From Mobula hypostoma (lineage: Eukaryota), in contig NC_086108.1 in NCBI RefSeq assembly GCF_963921235.1, positions 34,660,001-34,724,000 on the forward strand: a DNA stretch of 64,000 nt. Reading direction: 5' to 3'. Positions within the stretch are counted from its first letter, which is position 1, and every line of letters starts with the position of its first letter. A model generated the notes under the pieces. It saw only the letters and a program-made list of their open reading frames with translations. It made no database searches and was not told where the DNA came from. This document shows positions 1 through 13,830 of this stretch, one piece after another. The position numbers were made by a program, and so were the translations under genes.

Positions 1-650
1 AAGATAATGACAAATACAAAAAAAATTAGTAAATAAATAATAATGAGAACATGAGTTGTTGAGTCCTTGAAAGTGAGTTCATAGGTTGTTGAATCAGTTC
101 AGTGTTGAGGTGAGAGAAGTTATCTACGCTGGTTAAGGAACCTGATGATTGAAGGGTAAAAAATCTTCTTGTACCTAGTAGCATGAGACCTAAACCTCCT
201 CTACCTCTTCCCCAATGACAGTAGCAAGAAGAGAGCATTATGGTGGGGTTCTTGATAATGAATGCTGCTTTCTTCTGATAACACTCTTTATTTGCTCAAT
301 GGTGGGGAAGGCTTTTCCTGTGATGAACCAGGCTGTATCTACTACTGAATATAGGCTTTTCTGTTCTTGGGAATTGGACATTGGACATTCGTAACAGTCC
401 GTGATGCAACCAGTCAGGATACTCTCTACTATGCATCTATAGAAGTTTGTCAGGATGTTAGTTGATATGCTGAATCTGTACAAACTTCTAAGATAGAAGA
501 GGTGCTGCCTATATAATGACACTTGCTGGTCCAAGTATGGATCCTCTGAAAAGGAAATGCCAAGGAATTTTAAGTTACTGACCCTCTCCACCTCTGATCC
601 CCAAATGAGGAATGGCTCATGAACCTCCGGTTTCTTCCTCCTGAAAAAAA
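1..650 (-). mobile_element. Rex1/Babar-like LINE 3' fragment
   Basis: ORF 238-591 ERVSNLKFLGI...NFYRCIVESILTGCIT, typical RT C-terminus, followed by an AT-rich 3'UTR. Confidence 0.8.
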
Positions 651-671
651 AGATTAAACCCTAATTTGAAT

Positions 672-805
672 ACCAATCCTGATGAAGGGTCTTGGCCTGA
701 AACATCAAGTCTTTAATCCTTTCCAGAGGTGCTGCCTGACCTGCTGAGTTCCTCCAGCATTTTGCACATGTTACTCTGGATTTTCAGCATCAGCAGAATC
801 TGTTG
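672..805 (+). ncRNA. Penelope-derived solo repeat with degenerate minimal hammerhead ribozyme core
   Basis: CTGATGA(679-685)-AGGGTCTTGGCCT-GAAA-CATC. Confidence 0.55.
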
Positions 806-1039
806 CGTTGAGGATGAAGTGATGTATTATGGAAGATGCAGCAGGGAACGAAGTGAACATACAATAAATGGGAGGATATTGAGTAATGTAAAGGAGAGAT
901 CTTAAGGCACATGTCCACAGATAAAATGGTAAAGTACAGCATGAACACTGGCATTTCCATAGCAATGTGAAAATATATGCAGGTATGTCCTTCTGCAATG
1001 AACAGGACATTTCCATTCTTGCTAATTAGTAATTGCTCT

Positions 1040-1605
1040 GAATCATAAGCAAAATAATGAGAATTGTTGTCAACTGGATTATCAAATGGCACTTAGACAC
1101 CAATAACCTAACCACAAATGCTAAGTTTGGATCTTGCAAGGGCCATTCCACATGGCCTCAGTACAGGCTTGGTCCAGACATGGAACAAAGAGCTGAAATC
1201 TAGAGTTAAGATAAGAGTGATTACTCTCGACATGGAGGCAGTTCTGACTGAGTATAGCATCAAGGGTTGCTGGTAAACTGAGCATTATCATCAGCAAGGG
1301 GACAACGTTCCAATGGCTGAAGTCTTACCACACCTAAAGGTCAATGGTTGTAGTTGTCAAAAGTCAGAGTAATACTGCAGGAGTTTCTTGGTATTCTTCT
1401 TTGTCCAACTATTTTCAACTTCATCATTGACCTTTCTTTGATCATAAAGTTATAAGTGGTGATGTCCACTGATAATTGCACGGTGACTACTTAGCAAATG
1501 AGGTAGTCCAACTCCATATGCAGCAACACCTTGTAGGCACGGGTTGATAATTGGCAAGTGATTTTCATGCCACAGCACTGCCAGGCAATGGCCATCTCCA
1601 ACATG
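1040..1605 (+). mobile_element. Ancient CR1-clade RT fragment
   Basis: Degenerate LD..A.D.V.HQGLLVKL and GVP.GS.LGP.IF remnants. Confidence 0.55.
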
Positions 1606-1759
1606 AGCTGCTGCCACAAAGTGCCTAAGTCCCAAGTTCAATCCTAATCTCAGCTGCCATCTGTATGGTGTTTGCACGTTCACCCTGTGACTGGGTGGAT
1701 TTCTTCTGGGTACTCCTGTTTTCTCCCACATCCCAAAATTCATTTGTTATGTATGTCTC

Positions 1760-2120
1760 ATATAACTTGGGTGATCATGGTCTTTCCATGACTATGCTTA
1801 TTCTTGGCAAATTTTTCTACAGAAGGAGATGGCCATTGTCTCCCTCTGGGCAGTGTCTTTACAAGACAGGTGACTCCAACCGTTATCAGTACTCTTCAGA
1901 GATTGTCCGCCTGGCATCAGTGGTTGCATAACTGGGACTGTGATATGCACCAGCTGCTTATACAACCATCCACCACCTACTCCTGTGGCTTCATATGACC
2001 CTGATCAGGGGGCTAAGCAGGTGCTACACCTTGCCCAAGAGTGACCTGCAGGCTAGCTGAGGGAAGGAGCACTTTACACTTCCTCTAGTAGAGATGCATA
2101 GTATCTCCACCCTGCCACCG
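1760..2120 (-). mobile_element. RTE-related SINE, second copy, nested in a V-SINE (1610-2240)
   Basis: Reverse complement of 14443-14800 (ctgcaggctagc...ggagc..ttacac.tcct..ggtagaga). Confidence 0.6.
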
Positions 2121-2249
2121 AAAATCCCAAAGTTTAATTGACCGCTGTAAATTACCCATAATGTGTCGGTCAGTGGGAGTATCTTAGCCAGGGGAGGTTG
2201 TTGAGAACATGGGAGGGATAAATACATTTTATGTAGGGTTAGTTCAAAG

Positions 2250-2805
2250 TAAATTTATTATCTAAATACAAAAATGTCACCATATACAACCCTGAGATTC
2301 ATTTTCTTGTGGACATACTCAATAAATCCATAATAGAATAATACTAGAATCAATGAAAGACCACTTGGGTATTCACCAGTGTGCAAAAGACAACACATTA
2401 TGCAGATAAAATAAATAAATAAACAAACAATAAATATCGAGAACATGAGAAGAGTCATTGAAAATGAGTCCAAAGATTGTGGGAACATTTCGAGGGTGGA
2501 GTGAGTGAAGTTATCCCCTTTGGTTGAAGAGCATGATGGTTGAGGGATAATAACTGCCCCTGACCCTGATGGTGTGAGTCCTGAGGCTCCTGAACCTTTT
2601 GTTTGATGGCAGATGTCCTGGATGGTGGGAGTCCCGGATGATGGTTGCTGCTTTCCTGTGACAGCATTTTAAGTAGATAGCTCAGTGGTGGGGAGGGCTT
2701 TACCCGTGATGGACTGGGCTTTATCCACTACTTTTTGTCAGATTTTGCTTCAATGGCATTGGTGTTTCCATACCAGACTGTGATGCAGCCAGTCATGTAC
2801 TCTCC
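2250..2805 (-). mobile_element. Rex1/Babar-like LINE 3' fragment
   Basis: TGCITVWYGN remnant; 3'UTR shared with the copies at 1 and 25830. Confidence 0.75.
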
Positions 2806-3224
2806 ACAACACAACACTCTCCCTTCAACCAGTCCCCGCAGCACAAATAAAACTGCCTCTTCCTCTACTACTTCCAATTTTTGTTTTATTTGTCCATGGG
2901 ATGTGAATATTCTTGTCAAAACCTGCAACCATTCTTTATCCCTAATCACTCCTGATCTGATGCAGCAATTAAAACTTAACTGTATTGGTAGATCTAGAGT
3001 AAGGAAGGCCGATATCCTTGCCTTAACAATATTGATCATGATAGTTCAGTAGGTTAACAGTTACATTGAGGTTTACATGGATTTTAATTCTGAACTGTCT
3101 TGTTGGGACTTAAACTCACGTCTCTGGATCATTGGTTGAAACTGCTACTCTGGTAATTTAAAAGCCCGATCTCTTGTGATGACCTCCCTTATGATGGTCA
3201 TAGCACAGTAGCTGCCTCAATTTA

Positions 3225-3610
3225 ACTTGCAGTGTTAGGGCAACAATGCTTTCTGGAAGAGTTATCAATTGACATCAAGCAACATAAAGAGATATTTTGG
3301 AGAAAGAGTAAAGGTTTGGTCAAAAGGGTAGGGTTTGAGGAGGAGAGGGAGATAGAATGGGAGACATGCAGAAATTCCACAGCCTGGGACATTTTTGAAT
3401 GCAACACTCATCTGAAAGCGGATCGATACATCTGAGAGCACTTGAGGCTAGAGTTGGAGAGAGGCTGACAGCTCTGATATTGGGATTGGAGATAATGCAG
3501 GTAAGAAGGAGAAACCCCATGAAGAGGTTTGAAAACCAGGGTGAAAGTCCTACTCTAAGGGCGTTACCTAATTGGGGTCTACTGTAGGTCAGCTAGCAAA
3601 GGGATAATGA
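3225..3610 (-). mobile_element. Ancient L2-like 3' fragment (similar + strand remnant at ~6370-6715)
   Basis: Purine-rich ttggtcaaaagggtagggtttgaggag...gaaattccacagc pattern typical of L2 3' ends; very degenerate. Confidence 0.4.
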
Positions 3611-3857
3611 GAAACAAAGATGGATAAGAGTGACTTTAGTGACTCATTTTGCCCCTGATATTTGTCCTCTTTTACTCATATTGCTTGGGCCTTCCCTATG
3701 CCCCTAAAAAGCAACAAAATGGCTGAAATATCACCATCTTCTCATGATGTTACTGGAAAAAGCAGATATAGTGACATCTATGCAGTGAAGCTATTTACAG
3801 GAAAATGGAGTGGAAGTTATCATTGGTTTCAATAGGAAATATCATTCAAACATTTAT

Positions 3858-4690
3858 CAGAATCAGGTTTAATTTCACTTGCGTATGTCATGAAATTCGT
3901 CATTGTGTGGCAGCAGTACATTGCAATACATAATAAAACCTGTAAATTACAGTAAGAAGCATATAAATATATATATAAAGTTAAATAGGTAGTGCAAAAA
4001 GAGAAGAAAAAGTAGGGAGGTAGTGTTCATGGATTCATTGTCCATTCAGAAATGTGATGGCAGAGGGGGAGAAGCTGAATGGTTGAGTGTGTGCCTTCAG
4101 GCTCCTGTACCTCCTTTCTGATGGTAGCAAGGAGAAGAGGGCATGACCTGGGTGATGGGATGCCACCTTTTTGAGGCATTGCTCCTTGAAAACGTCCTGG
4201 ATTCTAGGCAGGCTGGTGCCCATGAAGGAGTTGACTGAATTTATAACTTTTTGCAGCTTATTTTGATATTATGCAATGCCCACACTATACCAGACAGCGA
4301 TGCAGCCAGTTAGAATGCTCTCCACTGTACATTTGTAAATAATTTGCAAGTGTCTTTGGTGCCATACCTAATCTTCTCAAACTTCTAATGAAATATAGAC
4401 GCTATCATGCCTTCTTTGAAAATGTACTATCAACATGTTAGGCCCAGGATAGATTTCAGAGATGTTGATAACCAGGAACTGGAAATTGCTCACCTTTTCC
4501 ACTTCTGATCTCTCAATGAGAACTGCTGTGTGTTCCCTCAGCTTACCTTTTCTGAAGTCCACAAGTAGTTCATTTGTCTTACTGAAGTTGAGTGCAGAGT
4601 TGTTGCTGTGACACCACTCAATCAGCTGACCTAACTCACTCTTGTATCTTTCTCGTCACCATTTGAAATTCTACCAACACCAGTTGATGT
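3858..4690 (-). mobile_element. Rex1/Babar-like LINE 3' fragment
   Basis: ORFs 4377-4562 (MDFRKGK...EKVSNFQFL) and 4035-4223 (HHPGHALFSLLPSERRYRSLK). Confidence 0.8.
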
Positions 4691-7600
4691 TGTGTTATTG
4701 CCAACAATAGTACAACATCACATTCATGTCACCAAGATCTCTTTCCTGATTGATGGAAGATTGAATAGTGACTGCAGTAAAAATGAACAGTGTGCAAAGT
4801 TCCGAACAGAATCATGACATTTTAATCATCGTTTGTACAGTGACCCAGCAGATGAATCTAGAAATGGATGTCGACATTTAAACAGGAGCATTTAAGTGAA
4901 AGCCACATGTTTGCAAACAGGAAGTACTTGGGATTGAATTGCACACTAATCAGATTATGTTGGAGAATGTCCAGGTCTTACTAAAATGGGCCAGGTCTGA
5001 CAAACACAGGCCTACTGTCTACAATCGCCAGCTGTGGTCACCCTGAATATGTATTCACCCGAACCAAAGCACCCAAGACTCTGAAGTGGCAGCTGTGCGC
5101 TGGGGAAGCACCACTCCCAAAATTGCTCTCGATGAGTTTAATGCCTGGCACAGACTATTTCTGGCCCTTGTCAGCTGTCAGAGCTCGAAGAGTTCTTAAA
5201 TGTCACTGAATGAGAGATATATAAAATTGGATCAAGTGTAATAAAAGTCAATGTAAGAAAAATAGCTAAAATGTTGATAAATATGTTAGTAAAAATGTTG
5301 GTAGCATTCCTACACTGAAATCAAAAGCAATGTGAATTCTAAACCAGACCATTCACAGTCTCAGACTTGAAAGGGGGAAACCACCCCATAGTAGAGGATT
5401 GGAGCCTCCACTTGTTTTGCTTAGGACCTTTGCATTTGGATCATCACATGTTGCTTCCCTCAGGAACTCTGTCAACTCCATTATTATGTTGTAAATGCCT
5501 GGGATACTCTAAGGCTTTGATGGATTGACTCTTTTCTGCCCACCGATTCCGATCTTCATGGGACGTCTTAATAAGGTTCTGGCCCAGAGGTTCCAGGGTT
5601 GTTGATTTGCTGCAAGTTGTCTGTTCTTGGGTAGGGCTGAGGTTAAGATCCTGTAAGTCCGTTTTCTGATTTATTCTGTACTTGCTTTCCCTTTTTTTTA
5701 GCCCTACTTGATTCCACTTGGCTTGTGACATGCCCCGTCGTGGGGGAGGGGCGCTAATTCTTTGTGCATGCTCTGGGTATCAAGGAGTGATGTGGGGTGG
5801 TTTCAGTGGTAATTCACTGAGTACACTGCTGGGCGGGGGAGTGCAGTGGATTCTCTATTAGTTCATTTAGCGTACTCTTGGCATGGGAGTAGGAGATTTC
5901 ACGATTTTGCCGCAGTTGAACCCTGCTGTCAGAGTTAAACCCTGCTAATCTAACAGAACACTGGTTCCACTGTCAAGGTAACAGTGGCTGTGACTGGGTA
6001 TGAAGATCACCAGCACAGTTACATTTCTTAAACATGAAAGGTTAATGCTTAGTTAGTGTTATTTAAACCTAGAGGCCTCTTCAACAACCACTCTGTCATA
6101 ATCACAGATCTGCTTCAGTTTTTGAGTATGTCGGTTAGGTGCTCCTTGAATGATAAAACATAAAACAAGAAGAAATGAGGGAAGGTAAAATAAAGCTTAA
6201 AGTGGATGGAATCTGGTACCAGTCTCTTTATAAATTAAATGTTATTAATAGCATGGAATTCCAGAGTGATGAACGTTGCTTTGAGGATTACATTCCACAG
6301 TCCTCTCTATTTTCTACATCCACTGGATTAAAGAAAGAAGGATTGTGACACTCAAGAAGTGAGTTTTTGCATTGGCAATTATTTGAAGACCATTCCTCCT
6401 GTGGGCTGAAAATCTGTGACAAAGCCTACAAATGTACTTCATTCCATCCACGTCCCTGTAGCCCTACTTATTCCCAATCCTCTGATTTAGGCTTCTTGTG
6501 CTTTCCCATCTTCTTCCCAGTGATGACAGTTTCTCCAACTGCCCAAGCTTTAACATTTCTTCCCTAAACCTCTGTGACTCTCCACCTCTCTCCCTCTTTA
6601 AAATACCTTTGATATCTAGATTCTTAACTTACTATTATGTCTGATAAAAATCCCCTGGAATACAGGTGAATGATTTATTACATTAAAGAGGCTACATAGA
6701 TGTAAGTCAGTGCTTGGAGAACATTGTCATAGATCTGGAAGATGAGTTTGTGGTTTTGCTTTTATAAACAGTTAGATGGGGATATAAATTTTATGCACGA
6801 GCGCAAAGATGCATAAAGAGCTGCTCAGCCTCTCTCTTAGTCTGCATCATATCACCTGTTTTATCTCCACCTACTACCATTAGAATGAAATACCATTGAC
6901 CGTAAATGCTAACTCTCTTTCTTCATTGATGCTGCTTGACCTCCTGTTTATTTCCAACACCCTCAAATTTTTTACAAAAATGTGAGCAATTTCAGATTCT
7001 AACCACATACAGATTCTGAAACAAAACCAGACTGCCGGAAGAACTGAGCAGGTCAGAAAACATCTGTGAAAGCCCAGGGATTGTTGATGGTTCTGGCTGA
7101 GCTGCTGCATTAAGACTTTCTCTGTGGTTTGAGGATGAAAAGTGTATTGGAGGAATGAGAAAAAATGACCACAAATTTATTAACCTGTTTTCCCCTGATT
7201 CCAGAGTTGGAGCAGGCTCACCAATCTGTTTTTCTCTCTCTACACGTTGTCTAACCTGAGAAGCTCCACAACATTCAAGATTTATGGTATTTTAATGTGT
7301 TAATGTGTTGTCTTTAATATGGTTGATATTACCAAACAGCTTTATAGGCTATAACTGTCATGATTTTATCCACAGTGAATAATTTGAGCCTTTATAAAGG
7401 TCAACACTAATTTAAACAAAATAGGCCTATTTCTTGTGATATTATTTGCCTGAAGTAATTATGACTTGCAGCTTAATTTAACTGCCTCTGTTAATTAATG
7501 AACAAAGTTCTTGATATCATTCATTTCCAATGCAACATGCTTGATTAATCTGCTCAGTGCAGCAACGTTCAACATGGTTTCCTTTGTTCTTTCAAAAGTC

Positions 7601-7989
7601 CTGCTGTTAATTCTAAAGGCATCTAAACAACATGTTTGTTCAGGCTTTACATTTCCCTTCCTCGGTCAAGTAAAATCATGTGCTACCGCCTTCAATTTTC
7701 TCGAAGAAGGCAAGTGGTTCTGGGAATGCAAATATCTAGTTGTCTGCCAAGATTACATTACATGTCACAATACATTACAACTCCAAGTGCATTTGTACTA
7801 ATTGGGTCATAGTCTACACTGTAGGCTAGATTTCTTTGGTTTTCAATATGACTGTTGTTCAAATAATGAAGGTCTTTCATATCTGGAATTATTTTGGTAA
7901 ATCTCTTCTGCCCTCTTTCTTTAAAGCCTTGACATCCTTCCTAAAGTATTGTGCCCGGAACTGTACAGCACCCCAATCAGTGTTTTATA

Positions 7990-8820
7990 GAGGATTTACC
8001 ATGCCTTTATGGCTCAATTTAATATCAAAGAATGTATACAGTATACAACTTGAAATCCTTACTCTTTGCAAACATCCACAAAACAGAGAAACAAAACCCC
8101 AAGGAACAATTGACAGATAACATTGGAAACCCAAAGCCCCCCCACTCCCCCGTTCCCCTCCCACGCACAAGCAGCAGCAAAAGCATCAACCCTCACCCCA
8201 CTTGATCCAGCAAAAGTATCAGCCCCCCACCCCCACCACCCACCATGCGAGCAATAGCAAAGCACACCAGAGACCTTGATGTGGAGTCCATCAAAAAATA
8301 CTGCCCATCCCAACACTTCAACATCTCAGACATATCCCTTCCGCTAGCGAGGGAGAGAGTGACATCATTCCTGCCTCAATAGTTCGCTGTTCTGATGGTC
8401 CAGTCTGCTACGTTGCTTATCTGAGCCCTCCAACTCAAAGCGAGAGAGAGAGACTCAGACAGCTGCACACACCGCCTGCTGTCTCGATGTTTCAATCTCC
8501 CGCAGCACTTCAGTCGACGTAATCGGTGAGGAATCAGGTCATCCACAGGGCCACACCCCTAAGCCGCATGTCCTCCAGGCCACACCTGGAGATCCCAAAA
8601 CACCAGGCTGCTCGGTTACTTCCAAGAGCGAGAACTCACCGCCGGTGAAGAATGTAGTTTCAGTGCAGCTGTAGATCATGGACTCTGAGAGGACCCCTGC
8701 CATCTTGAAAAGGGGGAAAAAAATTACATGAGAAAAGGAGATATGAACTGCTTAGTGGATGAACTAGAAGAAGTTGTCCAGGTCTGCAAAAACTTCTGGC
8801 ACCATCTTAAGCTCCTCCTA
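7990..8820 (-). mobile_element. Non-coding, probably non-autonomous retroelement with Rex1-like 3' tail
   Basis: 5' end reads ggagcttaagatggtgcc on the - strand; 3' end resembles those at 2260, 25850 and 58350. Confidence 0.5.
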
Positions 8821-9239
8821 CTCTTCAATTGAGGCAGTGACTTAAGGGCTCACAGCACCCAATATGGACTGAAACAAGTAGCATTTTCTTGGAGAATAAA
8901 CAAGATGTCACAATTTTAAAAGGGGTACAAGTGGAAAGAAATCTTGTGAGAAGATTTCTCATTTCTCTGCTTCTATTTATGTTGGATCATGCATGATTCT
9001 TCAAACAGTTTGTCAACCCGCTCTGCAACTTTTCAAAAACTCTTCTCACAAGATTTCTTTCTTCTTGTACCCCTTTTGGAATTGTAACATCTTGTTTACT
9101 CTTCCCAGCAAATGCTTCTTGTTTCACTCCAAACTGGGTGCTATGAGCCTGCAAGTCTCTGCCTCAGGTGAAAAAGACTTACATTTTTTATTGTGCCATT
9201 AACAGTGTTGTAGCATTTCAAATGATCTGGGACAACATG

Positions 9240-9555
9240 ATAACAAAGTGGCTCGTGTAATGCTTTACGGAGGCAGTGACCGAGATGCTGCTCTCTGCAG
9301 GGAGTTAGTACGTTCTCCCCATCACTTTGTGGGTTTCCTTCAGATGCTCGAGTGTCCTTCCACGTTCCAGAGACATATGGGTTAAGGTTAGCGTTAGTAA
9401 ATCGTGGGCATGCTAGGTTGGCGCCAGAAGCATGGCCATGCTTGTGGGCTCCCCCCGGCATACCCCCCAACTGTGCTTGGTCATTGATGCTAGCAAGGCA
9501 TTTCACCGCATGTTTCAATATTTCAGTGTATGTATGACAAATAAGGCTGATCAAT
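9240..9555 (+). mobile_element. tRNA-derived V-SINE (HE1-like head/core) with a non-CR1 tail
   Basis: V-domain ggagttagtacgttctccccatcactttgtgggtttccttcagatgctc...ccttccac. Confidence 0.7.
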
Positions 9556-9639
9556 GTACTTCATGGCAGAGAAAGGTTGCTGTTGTAATGATAGCTGTAG
9601 TCTGTGAGCTCACACAATGAATAATGTAACAATGACTAG

Positions 9640-10325
9640 ATCTACAAGTTGAGTCAGTGGTGAGGAAGGCAAATGTGATCACAGTATTCATTTTGAGAGG
9701 ACAAAAGCAAGGATGTAATACTAATGCTTTATAAGGCACTTGTGAGGCCTCACTTGGAGTATTGTGAGCAGTTTTGGGCCCCTTATCTAAGAAAGCATGT
9801 GCTCACAGTGGAGAGAGTTCAAAGGAGGTTCACGAAAATGATTCCAGGGATTGAAAAGGTTATCGAATGAGGAGTGTTTGATGGCTCTGGGCCTCTACTC
9901 ACTGGAATTTAGAAGAATGATGGGGAAGGGGGGGATCTCATTGAAACCTATTAAATGTTGAAAGACTTCAATAGAGTAGATGTAGAGAAGATGTTTCTTC
10001 TGGGGGAAGAGTTTAGAATTAGAGGACATGGCCTCAGAAAAGAGGGACGCCCATTTAGAATGAAGATGAGAAGGAATTTCTTTTGCCAGGGAGTGGTGAA
10101 TCTGGAATTTGTTGCCACAGGTGGCTGTGAAGGACAAATCATTGCATATTTTTAAAGCAGGGGTTGATGGATTCTGGATTAGTCAGGGCATGAAGGGTTA
10201 TGGGAAGAAGGCAGGAGACTGGGGGTGAGAGGGAAATGAATCCGCCATGATGAAATGGTGCAGCAGACTCAATGGGCCAAATGCCCTAATTCTGCTCCTA
10301 TATCTCATGGTCTTATCTCTGTTTC
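9640..10325 (+). mobile_element. CR1 3' fragment
   Basis: ORF 9955-10155 RIRGHGL...RRNFFCQGVVNL; 3' end ctaattctgctcctatatctcatggtc. Confidence 0.85.
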
Positions 10326-11311
10326 TTTGATGTTGCTTGAGGAGTAAATTCCGGCCAAGATACCAAAGAGTATACTTGCTGTGGCTTGAAGGAAGGATGT
10401 TTAGCAACCTCTTGAGAAGGCAGACAAGCTTCGTTTAGTCTCATTTGAAAAGTGCCTCTTTGAAGAACTAAATGCCTTTGAATCCAAGTTCATAACTTTC
10501 CCAAAATAGTTTTGATTTGAAAGCAACTGCACTGAAATGAAAGTTGCCTGAATTGCGCGTATAGCTGTTGAAATTTGCCAATTACTTGGTGTCATGCAAA
10601 GATATTTGCTTTGGAGTTAATGACTGCACCAGTGGAAAGAGCGGCTTATTGTTCTTTACAGCTCATTTGCTGAAGTAAATGATGAGCCAAGTTTGAGGCC
10701 AGATGAGGACATATAAACAATTAACTAGCAAACCACAGTATAACAGATGTTTCACTATAAGGTTATGGGTAATTTGTGCAGAATTGAAAAATCATCAATA
10801 ATAATAACGAAGGAGTTCTAAATCTTTGGAGTAAATAATCAGTGTGACTTGTCCATGTAAAAGTTTTTACTTAAATCAAACTCTTTCAAGTGCCTCCTAG
10901 AAACATTCGCACCATAAACAGAACAGGCTTAAAGGGCAAAAATGTGCTGAGAAGTTGAGATTTCCCAAATGTCTGTGCATTGATCCGTAGCAATGAAGGA
11001 CGTAAATTGACTTTCATTTAAAGGTTACACTTTAGCTGCATGAGACAGACTTTCCCAATTCATTGCTAATGATGGTTGTAGGGTCCTCTCTGTGCAGGCA
11101 TTTCAAACTGATTAAAAGGACTTGCTTAAAAGTGCTACAGCACTCATTGGCAAAGAGGACTTGGGCACTGAAAGTGGTAGGAAAGGAATTCAAAAGGAGA
11201 AAACTTATTTGGGTTGGTTACCTAAAACAATTAGTTTTAGGGTCTGATGAACTAACACTGACCTATGCAGGGGCTTTCTTTTTAATTTCAAAAGTAAACT
11301 TTAATCATGTA

Positions 11312-11855
11312 TACTCCCAGTGGCCACTTTATTAGGTACACCTCATTAATGCAAATATCTAATCGGCCAATTATGTGGCAGCAATCAAGGAATGCCAAAA
11401 AGGTCAAAAGGTTTAGTTGCTGTTTAGACCAAGTATCAGAATGGAAAGAAATGTGATCTAAGTAACTTTGACCGTGGAATAATTATTGGTGCCAGATGGG
11501 GTGGTATGAGTACCTCAGAAACCACTGATCTCCTGGGATTTTCCTGCACAGCAGTCTCTAGAGTTTACAGGGAATGGTGTGAAAAACAAAAAAATAACAT
11601 TCAGTGAGTGGCAGTTCTGTGGGTGAAAATGCCTTGTTAATGAGAGAGGTCAGAAGAGAATGGTCACACTGGTTCAAGCTGACAGAAGTCAAATAACTCT
11701 TCATTACAGCTGTGGTGTGCAGAACAGCATCTCTGAATGCACAACATGTTTAACTTCTAAGCGGATGGGCTACGGCAGCAGGAGACCATGTACGTAGATG
11801 CAGTGACCATTTTATTAGGTACAGGAAGTAATTAATAAAGTGGCCTCTGAATGTC
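11312..11855 (+). mobile_element. Internally deleted Tc1-like DNA transposon
   Basis: TIRs cagtggccactttattaggtac / taataaagtggcctctg; remnant N-terminal HTH KCDLSNFDRGIIIGAR.GG.S.SET.DLLGFS.TAVSRVYREW. Confidence 0.85.
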
Positions 11856-12024
11856 TACAAAAACAGTATGTGGCTTTCTTTACATTCATAATGTCGTCCG
11901 GTGTATACATTCTTTGTATTATTGTGTCTCTACAGTTATAGTGTTAGTACATTCTATATACTAGACACGGTTGTGTGGGGAAGGCCTTGTCTGTGTTTTT
12001 GAGGAGGAAACAAAGTTTATTGCT

Positions 12025-13178
12025 GAAGACCAAAGAGATGAGTATGGACTTTAGGAAAGGGCAGGCTGACCACTCCTCACTATACACAAAGCTCATCCTT
12101 GGAGAGAGTTAGAAATACCAAGTTTCTGGGAGTTGACATAACAAATGATCTTACCTGGCCCCTCAACATAACCATCTTAACCAAGAAAACACAGCAGCAT
12201 CTCCACTTCCTGAGGGGGTTGAGGTGAGTGAGGCTCTCCCCCTACCCACATTCTAACGAACTTTTACAGGAGCACTGTTGAGAGCGTCCCGACCAGCCGC
12301 GTCACCGCCTGGCACGGGAATTTAGACATCTGACTGCAAGTCCCTACAAACAATTGCGGGGACTGCTGGGAGGGTCATCAGAGTGTCTCTTCCACCTATC
12401 AAAGATATCAGGAGTGCTGCATATGCAGGCCCATTAGCATTGTCAATGATTCCTCTCATTCATCCAACAATCTCTATGACCCCTAATATCAGTCAGGAGG
12501 AACTGCAGCATTAGCACAGGATCTGATAGGATGGGAAACAGTCTCTTCCCCCGGGCCATAACACTACTGAATTCCCTGCCACCACCCAGGTCTTATCACC
12601 CATGGAACGCCAGTAGCGTTGACAAACAACAAACAGCAGAAGAGATGAAGAGACAGGGGGATGAAAGGGCTGCATGTCTCCAGAATGACAAAAACAGGCA
12701 CAGAAGGAGGAGAGAGGAAGAGACAAAGGAGCTGAGAAATGCACATCTCCAGGATCAGAGACAAAGAACAAACAGCAGAAGAGATGAAGAGACGGGGCTG
12801 AAAGGACTGCACGTCTCCAGAATGGCAACGAGAGGCACAAGGGTGGCAGATAAACCAGAAATGATGCCATCAAAAGTGTCCTTCGTTAAACAAATTTGCT
12901 TTGCTACACATCGTTCTTCTTTAATAAACTGAGGTTTTCTACTTCAGTTTCCAAAGCAAAGTGATACCAATAGCATTCAGCAAAATTTAATGTTCATTCT
13001 GGTCACATCAGACTGCACTACCCTTCTCTCAATGGGTGCCCCAATGGGTCACCCTGTTGTCTCGTATCATTTTATGTATTATATGTATGAGTTATATGTA
13101 CTATGTTGTGTACTTTTGGAGGAGTGCTTGGCGGTATATATGTGTATGATTGCATGGCAATAAACTTGAACTTGAACT
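12025..13178 (+). mobile_element. Rex1/Babar-like LINE 3' fragment, split by an insertion at ~12620-13065
   Basis: Degenerate DFRK, KFLGV, FYRSTVES, NSLFPRAITLLN; tail aataaacttgaacttgaact at 13158-13178. Confidence 0.7.
12620..13065 (+). mobile_element. Probable Helitron remnant with 69-nt (23-aa, EET-periodic) coding repeats and a 3' hairpin
   Basis: Three ~69-nt units at 12632-12840; hairpin gggtgccccaatgggtcaccc at 13034-13054 followed by CTCG/T (degenerate CTAG/T). Confidence 0.55.
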
Positions 13179-13179
13179 A

Positions 13180-13830
13180 AGGGCAGGGCAGTGGACGTTG
13201 AACAGATGAACTTTAGTAAAGCATTTAACAAGCTCCCTCATAGTGGGCAGATCTAGAATATTAAAGTAAATTGATCCAAGGAGATTTGGTAGATTGGATT
13301 CAAAATTATCAAGGCAATCGAAGGCAGAGGACAATGGTGGAAGGGTGTTCTTCTGACTGGAGGTCTGTGACCAGTGATGGTTCACAGGGCTGTGTGTTGG
13401 GACTTGTTTGTGATGTGTGTTAATGATTTGGACAAAAGTGTGGTAGGCTGATAAGCAAATTTGCAGACGACACAAAAATTGGCAGAGCTGTGTGCAATGA
13501 GGAAGATCATCAAGGGATGCTGGTTGTTAAAGACTGGTTGGAAATGCAGGTGGATAAACAAAAATGAAGTTTAATCTGGACAAGTTGCACAAAGGAAGGG
13601 GGAGAGAATACAGTAAATGGTCTGGTCCTTAAGTGCACGGAAGTATAAAAGGGTGTTGAGGTGCTCTTGGTAGGGGGTTAAAGAAGCATTCTGCATTCTC
13701 GCCTTCATTGGCCAGCGCATCGGGTATAAAAACTAGTAAGTCATGTTGCAGCTGTATAAAACTTTGGTCAGGCTGCATCGGGAGTATTGTATGCATTCTG
13801 TTTGACGCATAGCAGTAAGGACGTGGGAGC
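13180..13830 (+). mobile_element. Degenerate CR1 RT fragment
   Basis: agcaaatttgcagacgacacaaaaatt (SKFADDTK) at 13453-13480. Confidence 0.75.

Noticed and set aside
12632..12840. CRISPR-like or satellite array
   Set aside because: Eukaryotic context, no unique spacers and no cas genes; the codon-periodic degenerate units fit a protein repeat.
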